From a virus (lineage: Duplodnaviria; Caudoviricetes): a stretch of DNA of 36,688 nt. The stretch spans positions 1-36,688 of IMG/VR virus record IMGVR_UViG_3300046786_000925; one strand, given 5' to 3'. Below the pieces are notes generated by a model. It ran no database searches and was not told the DNA's origin. It saw only the letters and a list, made by a program, of their open reading frames with translations. Both the position numbers and the translations under genes were made by a program. Of this stretch, positions 17,417 through 26,700 are shown in pieces (the stretch's first letter is position 1; each line of letters starts with the position of its first letter).

Positions 17417-19825
17417 ATGGCATTAATACCATTAAACACATTTAAAACAAAAACTGCAGTGTTAACAACACTGAAATATAATCAAGTAAGATGCGCTAGA
17501 GATACTGCTTTAATAGTTGACTCAATTGCATATGACTTGATATATGGTGGGAACACCCAATCTACATTTGCAGCTGTTCAATATTGGGCACAAGGCTCTA
17601 GTAACATCCCTGGTGATATCCCACAAACATTGGCAGCAATGGAACATGCAAAAAAAGTTATTGTTCAGATTTTAAACAATCAAACAATAACAAAGTCTAC
17701 GAGTAATTCTATAACTCAACCTACTCCAACTGCTCCAGCAGCATCAGCTGGTGATATTAATATAGTTATTTCTGAAATTGACTTGATTATGGATATCATT
17801 GAAAATGGTATAAGTGGTATTACAGACAGGATCTCCCCAAATCAATCTAGTGGAGTATCATCCCGTGCTGCTACTATTTTGGCGACTAATAAATCATTCA
17901 TTCAAAATGAAATTGTAGCGTATGTTAAAGATAATTTAATTGATGCTGATTATACATATGATAAAACAAAATGTAGAAGAGATTTAAAATTAATTATAGA
18001 TTCTATTGTTTCTGATTTAAGATTCGGTGGAAATACTCAATCTACATTTGCTGGATTACAATATTGGTCAATGGGTGCAACTCAAATCGCTAATGAAACA
18101 TTACAAACTCAAGCGGCTATCACTCATCTGAAGTCGTTAGTTGGTCAAGTTATTTTAAACGAATCAATCGATAAAACAGAAGCAAATACTCAATCACAGG
18201 TTATTAATAATACTAAAACTGGGACAACCACTAGCAAAGATGTAGCAGACGGTTTATTTGATACATTACTTGCTATATTGGTAGATGCAGCGGATGGGAC
18301 AAGAACTAATGATGTAAGTAATCTTATAACTGCCAATTCTACATTAACAACTGACACTGGTATGATCAACGCATATCAAGCTATTATCTCAAATAAATTA
18401 TTTTTACAAGAAGAAATTGTTAAATGGATAGATGCACAAACTACTACACCATTTGATAATGTAGATTTCATAGCTGCATATGATGATGCAGCGTCTGATA
18501 CATGTTTCCGTGATGTTGGTTATATTTTAGATTGTATTTGTTTTGATATGAAATATGGTGGGAATAGACAAACCATCCAAGCAGGTGTTTATTACAATGG
18601 ATTTGATCAATCAACCAGTATTTTAGCAGAAAAATCATTTGCTATTAATGCGTACAAGTATTTGAAACGAATAATTGGTGATGTAATTCAAGGGCTTCCA
18701 ATTACAACAGTATATCAAGATATTTATAAACAGGATATCTCACTGCCTGCAGGTGGATTAGTTCAAGCTAATATAGCTGTTGAAAATCTGAATCATATTA
18801 TTGATATTATTATTGATAATCCAACCACAGTTGAAAAGAAACCGATCTCATTAAATCAATTAACTGATAAAATGTATGCATTATCAGCTGGTGCTTTGGT
18901 AACTAATGAAACATTTTTAATTGAGGAAGTTATCGCATATATCGATAATATAAACAATACTAGCTTCAATTATCCTAATTCTACATTATACAATGATACT
19001 AATAAATGCTTTAGAGATATGGGATACATTATTGATTGTATTTCATTTGATTTGACACATGGTGGGAACAGACAGGCTATTCAAGCAGGTGTTTATTATT
19101 ATGGTCATTCATCAACAACATCAATTGTTCCTACTGAAAAATCAGATACATTAAATGCATATAATTATATGAGATATGTAATTGAAAATGTTTTAACATC
19201 TACTTCAGAACTGACATCTTCCTTAAATTATCCAGCAGCACCATATCAATCTGAAACACAGAAAGTGTCATTGGCAGTATCGAGTAGTACAGTAAACACC
19301 AGTGCAAGCGCACTGATTACTACACTAAATACTATTATTAACGCTGGACCACCATCTACTTCGCCTACTCCTATTAGTTTAACAAAAGTAACCGATACCA
19401 GTGGAGATTTGGATAAAGCATTTAATTTATTACAAGCTAATAAACCGTATATAGTAGCAGAAGTAATTGGATATATGAATTCATTAAAAACACCAAATAC
19501 TACTAAAATTTATACTGCACCACCAGGTGTTACAGCAATTATTTTAATGGCTCAAGTAGCAAATGTTACAGACCATGATATTAACATCACATTTGCACAT
19601 TATCGTAATATCCCAGTATATGCAGATCCATCTACATTAAATGGAGCACAACCTGGTGATACTATAACGGAATTAGTGGATGGATTTAGTGTCCCTGCAA
19701 ATGATTCAGCATCATTAATTCAGGGGAAAATGATTATCGAAGCTTTCGATAGTATTATAGCTTATGCCAGTGAAGGTGCTGGTTTAAAAGTTACACTTAG
19801 CATATTAGAGACCGCCAATGCCTAA
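17417..19825 (+). CDS. Structural protein with four tandem phycobiliprotein-like helical repeats inserted in a small beta domain
   Basis: CxRD...GGN motifs at C26, C186, C363 and C531. Beta-rich C-terminus (IYTAPPGVTAIILMAQVAN...LSILETANA). SD GAGGA. Confidence 0.7.
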   Translation: MALIPLNTFKTKTAVLTTLKYNQVRCARDTALIVDSIAYDLIYGGNTQSTFAAVQYWAQGSSNIPGDIPQTLAAMEHAKKVIVQILNNQTITKSTSNSITQPTPTAPAASAGDINIVISEIDLIMDIIENGISGITDRISPNQSSGVSSRAATILATNKSFIQNEIVAYVKDNLIDADYTYDKTKCRRDLKLIIDSIVSDLRFGGNTQSTFAGLQYWSMGATQIANETLQTQAAITHLKSLVGQVILNESIDKTEANTQSQVINNTKTGTTTSKDVADGLFDTLLAILVDAADGTRTNDVSNLITANSTLTTDTGMINAYQAIISNKLFLQEEIVKWIDAQTTTPFDNVDFIAAYDDAASDTCFRDVGYILDCICFDMKYGGNRQTIQAGVYYNGFDQSTSILAEKSFAINAYKYLKRIIGDVIQGLPITTVYQDIYKQDISLPAGGLVQANIAVENLNHIIDIIIDNPTTVEKKPISLNQLTDKMYALSAGALVTNETFLIEEVIAYIDNINNTSFNYPNSTLYNDTNKCFRDMGYIIDCISFDLTHGGNRQAIQAGVYYYGHSSTTSIVPTEKSDTLNAYNYMRYVIENVLTSTSELTSSLNYPAAPYQSETQKVSLAVSSSTVNTSASALITTLNTIINAGPPSTSPTPISLTKVTDTSGDLDKAFNLLQANKPYIVAEVIGYMNSLKTPNTTKIYTAPPGVTAIILMAQVANVTDHDINITFAHYRNIPVYADPSTLNGAQPGDTITELVDGFSVPANDSASLIQGKMIIEAFDSIIAYASEGAGLKVTLSILETANA

Positions 19826-22800
19826 ATTATTAAGTAATAGAGTAAAAGTCACTCCATCAGAACAATTATCACAATCTAGATATCAATATGTTGAATTGAA
19901 TCAAACCCAACCAGCCCTTGGTACTCCACTTACTGATAAGAGTGTCTTACTGGCTAATCTAGATGGTACAACAGAATGGGTACCACAGGATGTTATTACA
20001 GGAAATGTAGTACCAAATAAAAATACAATTTATGTATCAAAAAGTGGTAGTGATAGTAATATTGGTAATTCAATATCATCAACGAAATTAACAATTAAAG
20101 GAGCACTAACTGTTGCAACCGCTGGTACTTCTATTATAATTTATGCGGGTGATTATACTGAGGTAAATCCATTAGTTTTACCAGAAAATGTTTCTATTAT
20201 TGGGCAAGATTCACGGGTTAATGTCATACCAAAAAATCCAACTCAAGATGTATTTAAGCTTAATAGCGGTTCATCAATTGATGGTATTACCGTAGTTAAC
20301 CACAAGTACCCAAGTTTTGCATTTAGTCTTAAAAGTACTGTTAACATTAAAATATCACCGATCATTAATAATTGTTCTAGTATAACTGGTCCATTTTTAG
20401 CAGACGGTACATTATTTGTTCCGTTTGTTACTGTACAAAATGGTTCAATAACTCCAGGTGCAACACCATTATTAGATGCTGATGTACCAGATGTTAATAA
20501 AAGAATTAATATAACTGGCGCTGGTGGAGGTATATTTATTGATGGTGGTGAAATAATCTCTCAATCATTGTATAAATCTGTAATTGTTGATCAATTTATT
20601 GCCTCTAATCAAGGTGGTATTGGTGTACAAGCCACCAATAATGCTACAATAATTTTACAAAATAGTATTTCTAAATTTTGTACTGTAGGATTTAAAGCAA
20701 CTAATGGTGGATATATAGATTTAACATCATGTACTACAGAATATGGTACATATGGATTAGTTAGTGATGGGTATCTATCAACACCATATATCAACTCTGG
20801 TATAATTTCTGCATCACACTTTAGTAGTGTTAGTAATGTCTCTATCACAAATCAGGGTTCAGGATATGGTAGTACACCATCAGTTGTAGTTGGTACGCAA
20901 TGGTCTACTGGTGCAACGGTTGCTACACATAGTCAACTTTTTTATGGATCAAATTTATATTTTGTAATGTCTGGTGGGGTTTTAGGGGCTATCGCTCCTA
21001 CCTTTACTAATAGCACACCAACTGCAAATGGTACAGCAACATTATTATATACTGGTACAGCTGCTACTGCTACTGCTACAATGAGTGGTGGGAAAATAAC
21101 AAATATCGCATTTACATCTGGTAGTGGGTATACAAGTATCCCTTCTATTACATTCGTTGGAAGTAATACTACACCAGCAGAAGCTAGTGCTGAATTAACT
21201 GGAATATCTTTAGTTTCAGTTGGTAGCATTACTAAAAAACCACTAGTGAGTACATTAATATCATTCCAGTATAATCCAAATTACTACTATATTACTGATG
21301 CTACTGATGTAGTTGGTACTAATTCAAATATTAAAGTATCACCCGAATTGTATTATGTATTAGGAAATTATACTGCATCATTGTATTATGAAAGTAGAAT
21401 TATTGCAAATGGTCATACTTCAAAATATATTGGAGCTGGGACAACATTAAATGCATTAGCAACCAATTCTGGAAATCCTGTTTATGCAAATGAGACTGTA
21501 GAATCAAATCACGGTAAAATATTTTATACTGGGGTTAATGAAACTGGGTTATATAAAATAGGTGATATTTTTACAGTGGATAATATCACCGGCGTATCAT
21601 CTGTAAATTCAAATATATTTGATTTAACAAATGTAAGTGCAATAGGACCATTAAATCGCAGTGGTGTAATTTCTGGTGTTCAATTACGAGAAATAAGTGA
21701 TGATATAACTTTAACAGCAACAACTGGGATACGTGATAGTTTTACAGCACCTACACAACATGCGGTTTATACATTTTTACAAAATAACTACTTAGCATTA
21801 ACCGGTGGAACTGTTGCAGGAACAGTAACTATTAATGATTTAATACTTTCAGGCAATAGCATTACTAGTAAAAATACAAATCAAAGTATAATATTAAACC
21901 CAGTTGGTAATGGAAATTTAGATGTATCTGGGAGTAGGGTGATTAATTCAGCCACTCCAGTTAATAACACCGATCTTGCAACAAAGGAATATGTTGATAA
22001 CGCAGTTACAGGTGTTGGTAATACATATCCATCCATTAATATTGGTGATTTTTATATTCACGGCGATGTGATTGAAAATACTATTAATGATGCTAATATT
22101 ACCTTAACAACTAAAGGTACTGGACAAACAGTTATCACATCATTACTTGATAGTTCATCAAGTATTACTGGAGCATTAGTTGTGAATGGTGGGGTTGGTA
22201 TTGCCACAAAATTATACGTTGGTGATAGTGTTTATTCTACTACATTTCATGGTAATTTAGATGGTGCGGCTACTACGGCTGGTACAGTAACTACTGCCGC
22301 ACAACCTTCTATTACATCAGTTGGAACCTTAACCAGTTTACAAGTTGATAATATTAATATAAATGGAAACATTATTAAAAATACATTATTGGATGAAAAC
22401 TTAATTCTTGGTGCGACTGGTACTGGTGATGTCATTCCAGCAGTACATAATACTATTGACTTTGGTTCAAATTCTAGTACTTGGAAAAAAGGATACTTCA
22501 CTAATATAGCAGGTACATTAGATACAAGCTCACAGCCTAATATTTCATCATTGTCATCTAATGTTAAAATATTTGATAGTACATACACATTAACTCCAAC
22601 ATTAGATGTTGGATTTTCTAATACCAACAAATTTGAAATAGAAACACACCAAACTAGTAGTTCATTGACATATACTAAATTTGTTAATATTAGTTCGGGT
22701 ACAAATAACAATTATTTTGAATTTCATCCAGATCAGAATTTAGCTTTAACAATTGCAAATGGTCTAGTAACTGTTGAAAACACTTTACATATTAAAAATA

Positions 22801-23693
22801 CATTAACAATTGATAATCCTATTTTGAAATTAGGATTAGATACTACCGATATTGAATCTAATAATGATTTCGGGATATCATTTAGAAACAATTATAACAT
22901 ATATTCATATGTTACCAGTATCGATGTTACATCAACTGGTTCTGTGAATACGGTTATTATCAACTTAAATGATACCGTAGCAAATGCTAATATCACAACA
23001 AATGATACTATACATATTGCTGGAGCAAATCTAGTTGAACTTAATGGTACATGGAATGTAACAGTAGCATCACCATCTGCAACTACTGTCACTATTAATG
23101 TAACATCACAAATCCCGGCGACTACATATGTAGATCATCCATCTGTTATTTTATTAAACAAAATTGGATTCTTTGGGTATAACCATTCGAATGATTCATT
23201 TACTTTTATCCCTGATGCATTAATTAGTAATAACGATGTAACTGGATTAACTGGAACTATTAATGCAAAAATTAACAGTGATAAAGTGACTATTACATCT
23301 GGAACATTGGATAATGTTATTATTGGTGGAACTACCGCAAATACTGGTATATTCACTAATGTGTTATCTGACCAAGTTACGGCCCGAACTACAATATCAA
23401 TTCATGACGCTAATGGTTTTGGTGTAATTTTAGATACTTTTAATAAAAATCAAATTGATTCAGCAAAATACGTAATAAAAATTAAAAATACAACAACTAA
23501 TACTATAACAGTTCAGGAATTTTTATTAGTACAAGATACTGTTGATATCTATATGACTGAATATGCTGTTATTAATACAGGTATTTCATTTGGTGTTTTA
23601 TCTGGTAGCTTTGATGGGAACAATGTAAACGTGGTGTTCACACCATCAACTAATAACAATATTTCAATAAAATTAATAAAATTTTATACCTAA
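19818..23693 (+). CDS. Tail fibre/spike protein with beta-helix domain; paralogue of the C-terminal part of 12904-17403
   Basis: IYVSKSGSDSNIGNS..LTIKGAL, GPFLADGTLFVP, NQGGIGV and GKIFYTG motifs shared with the 1499-aa protein. Also DLATKEYVD and a C-terminal SAKYVI...YMTEYAV domain. Confidence 0.75.
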   Translation: MPKLLSNRVKVTPSEQLSQSRYQYVELNQTQPALGTPLTDKSVLLANLDGTTEWVPQDVITGNVVPNKNTIYVSKSGSDSNIGNSISSTKLTIKGALTVATAGTSIIIYAGDYTEVNPLVLPENVSIIGQDSRVNVIPKNPTQDVFKLNSGSSIDGITVVNHKYPSFAFSLKSTVNIKISPIINNCSSITGPFLADGTLFVPFVTVQNGSITPGATPLLDADVPDVNKRINITGAGGGIFIDGGEIISQSLYKSVIVDQFIASNQGGIGVQATNNATIILQNSISKFCTVGFKATNGGYIDLTSCTTEYGTYGLVSDGYLSTPYINSGIISASHFSSVSNVSITNQGSGYGSTPSVVVGTQWSTGATVATHSQLFYGSNLYFVMSGGVLGAIAPTFTNSTPTANGTATLLYTGTAATATATMSGGKITNIAFTSGSGYTSIPSITFVGSNTTPAEASAELTGISLVSVGSITKKPLVSTLISFQYNPNYYYITDATDVVGTNSNIKVSPELYYVLGNYTASLYYESRIIANGHTSKYIGAGTTLNALATNSGNPVYANETVESNHGKIFYTGVNETGLYKIGDIFTVDNITGVSSVNSNIFDLTNVSAIGPLNRSGVISGVQLREISDDITLTATTGIRDSFTAPTQHAVYTFLQNNYLALTGGTVAGTVTINDLILSGNSITSKNTNQSIILNPVGNGNLDVSGSRVINSATPVNNTDLATKEYVDNAVTGVGNTYPSINIGDFYIHGDVIENTINDANITLTTKGTGQTVITSLLDSSSSITGALVVNGGVGIATKLYVGDSVYSTTFHGNLDGAATTAGTVTTAAQPSITSVGTLTSLQVDNININGNIIKNTLLDENLILGATGTGDVIPAVHNTIDFGSNSSTWKKGYFTNIAGTLDTSSQPNISSLSSNVKIFDSTYTLTPTLDVGFSNTNKFEIETHQTSSSLTYTKFVNISSGTNNNYFEFHPDQNLALTIANGLVTVENTLHIKNTLTIDNPILKLGLDTTDIESNNDFGISFRNNYNIYSYVTSIDVTSTGSVNTVIINLNDTVANANITTNDTIHIAGANLVELNGTWNVTVASPSATTVTINVTSQIPATTYVDHPSVILLNKIGFFGYNHSNDSFTFIPDALISNNDVTGLTGTINAKINSDKVTITSGTLDNVIIGGTTANTGIFTNVLSDQVTARTTISIHDANGFGVILDTFNKNQIDSAKYVIKIKNTTTNTITVQEFLLVQDTVDIYMTEYAVINTGISFGVLSGSFDGNNVNVVFTPSTNNNISIKLIKFYT

Positions 23694-23718
23694 ATAGACA
23701 TATAGGAGATTTTACGAA

Positions 23719-26700
23719 ATGTCAACAACTAATAAACAGTTTTTAACACGAGCTGGAGTAAACCTTCCAGCTGGTACAAGTACACAAGCACCATTAATAT
23801 TCCAAAATGGTACCAATTTAACCACACCTGTGATTGGTGCAATGGAGTGGGATGGATATAATTTAACAATAACAGAATATTCATCGAATGGGACTAATAG
23901 TTCTGCTCCTGCAACAACTGTTCGTAGAACACTTGCATACAATGATTCAACATTATTACCAAAAGTAGATACTTTAACTGCCAATGGAACAACACAAGCT
24001 ACTACAACTGCTAAAATTACTAATGATGTGGTATATGTTTCTGGTGCATCTGTATCAACTGGACCTGGGTACAATGGTGTAATATTACCACCAGCTGTTC
24101 CAGGTAGAAAAGTAACTATTATTAATATAAGTACTAATCCTATTAACATATGGCCATATCCAGCAGTATCTGATTTAACCGGTGTTAGTTCAACTGGTAC
24201 AACATTAACTGTTAGTTCAACTACTAATTTATACCCTGGTATGATTTTAACTAATGCCAATTTTGTTGGCGGCGTTGCAAAAATTATTAGTATTACAGGA
24301 AATACAACTGTAGTTATTGATGCTACTCCTACTACTGCACTATCAGGCGCAACAGTTTCAATCTCAAATGGTGGTACTGGAAGAATTAATGGAAGTGCTG
24401 TTAACCAAGCATATGCATTGGATAAATCATCATCTATTGAAATGGTGGCATATGATTCCGTATACTGGTATACCTTGGCAGCAACTCCGCTTAATGCGAC
24501 TGGGGTTAGCACCTCAAATTATACAATCGGTGACTTGATTGTTGCAAATGGTGCAACTACATTAGGTGTTATTAATGATATTGCTGTTGGTAACGTATTG
24601 TTATCAGGAGGAGTCGGTGCGTCACCAACCTATGGTAAAGTAGATTTAACATCGGTTGTAAGTGGTGTATTACCAGTTGCTAATGGTGGTACTGGGACTA
24701 CTGGTTCTGGATTATTAGCATCTGGAAGTTCATATGATATCGTAACTACTGGCGTTACCTCATTGAATATAGGTAGTGCCGCTACATCTATCAATATTGG
24801 TGCATCTACTGGTACTACAACAATTAATAATGATTTAACAGTTGCTGGTAATTTAATCGTAGGTGGTGATCAGGTTATCAACAATACCACGAACACTTCT
24901 ATTGAAGATACTATTTTTGAAATGAACCATCCATCAGCGGGATGGTTGTCTTCTGATTCTGGTGCAGATATTGGTACTAAATTTGATTGGTTCAAATCAT
25001 CTGGTAATTATCTTATTGTTACAGGTGGTTCATCAACTGGAACTACTTGTACTTTAAATGTTCCAGTATATATAACAGCTGGTACTATTATAACTATTGC
25101 AGGTGTAACACCAGCATCTTTTAATGGTACATTTGTTGTAACCAGTGCGACTTCTGGTGCAACTCCTACTATTACTTATACATCTGGAACATCATATACT
25201 GGTGCCGTAACTACTTCGGGTGCATTAGGAAGTGTAATAAAAGAAGTTAAATTCACAGGCACTAGTTTTACATGGGCTGCCAATGTCATTACAGTATCAT
25301 ATACTGGACCTGCACTTCCATTGGTGACAGTGTTATCTCCAACATATTCATCCGCTAGTAATATAATTACTCATTCTGGGGCAGTAGTCGTTTATCCTGG
25401 AATGTTTTTAACTGGTGCAAATATTACTGCTGGAACATATGTTGTTTCAGTTACTGATACCACACATTTTACAACCAATATTAAACCAACCGGGTCAAAT
25501 TCTGGTTCTATATTGGCCGGTGCAATGGTTACTATTGCTGGTACTACTAATTATAACGGTACATACTATATTGCAACCGCATCTGCGAATAGTTTTACTA
25601 TTTCAAAAAATGGTTCTGCTGCTACTGAAAGTTCTGGTACATTTACATTCGACCATAGATATGCATTTGCTGGATGGACTAATGATGCCCAAGCATTTGA
25701 GTATTATAAAGAAGGTGAAGAAACTAGTACTGGTGTATTCACTGGTATTTACGGTAGTATTAAAGGTGGGCAATTCCAGACACCAGGTTTACCACTAAGT
25801 ATTGGTAATACTGATATTACTGCTGGTATATCATTAAAAATTCCTACAAATACTGTTTATGATATTGATAGTTCAACAAGTGCAACAGTTGCACAGGGAT
25901 CGGTAATTAGTGTTGGTCAACAAACAATTGGTGCAAAAAATGCTACCATCACATACACCAACTTGGCATCATTATATATTGCCAATGCACCTACTACTGG
26001 TTCTAATGTAACTGGAACAAATAAATATGCAATTCAAGTAGCAGCAGGTAATACGTTATTAGGTGGTGATTTAGCTGTAAATGGTAGTAATTTAACCACT
26101 ACACAATCTACCTTTAATTTATTAAATGCAACAGCGACAACGATTAATGCATTTGGTGCTGGTACAACTGTAAATATTGCAACTCCTGCAACTACCGGTT
26201 CAACAGCAACATCTGTTAACATTAGTAATAATACAACAGCTGCTACAACTTTAAGCGTTGGTACTGCATCAACCTCAGCATCTACTTTTACATTTGGCGG
26301 TTCGATCACAACTGGTACTAATACTGTTAAAATTGGTTCTGGAACCGGTGGAACAATCGCATTTGATTCGGGGTTGGCTGGTGCTACTGCAACATTATTT
26401 GCATCAACCACTGGTACTGTGAGAATTGCGGAAGCATCTACAACAGTAACTTTACAAAATACAACATCTAGTGCTAGTACCTTAAATATCGCTACTGCTA
26501 CTGGAAATAATACTAACACATTAACATATGGTGGTGCAGCAACCACTGCAACTAATACAATAAAAATTAATGCAGGTTCTGGCGGTATTGCAACATTAGA
26601 TGCTGGTAATGCTGGTGCAACTGGTAACTTATTCCCAATTATTACTGGAAATATTAATATTGGTGGAGCGGCATCTATTATTAATATTGGTACTACTGGT

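Noticed and set aside
14434-19483. Calling these genes cpcA/apcA or inferring a cyanobacterial host
   Set aside because: The domains are embedded in fibre-type proteins and appear to lack the N-terminal X/Y helices of true subunits. No photosynthesis or bilin genes are in the window, so the host cannot be inferred.
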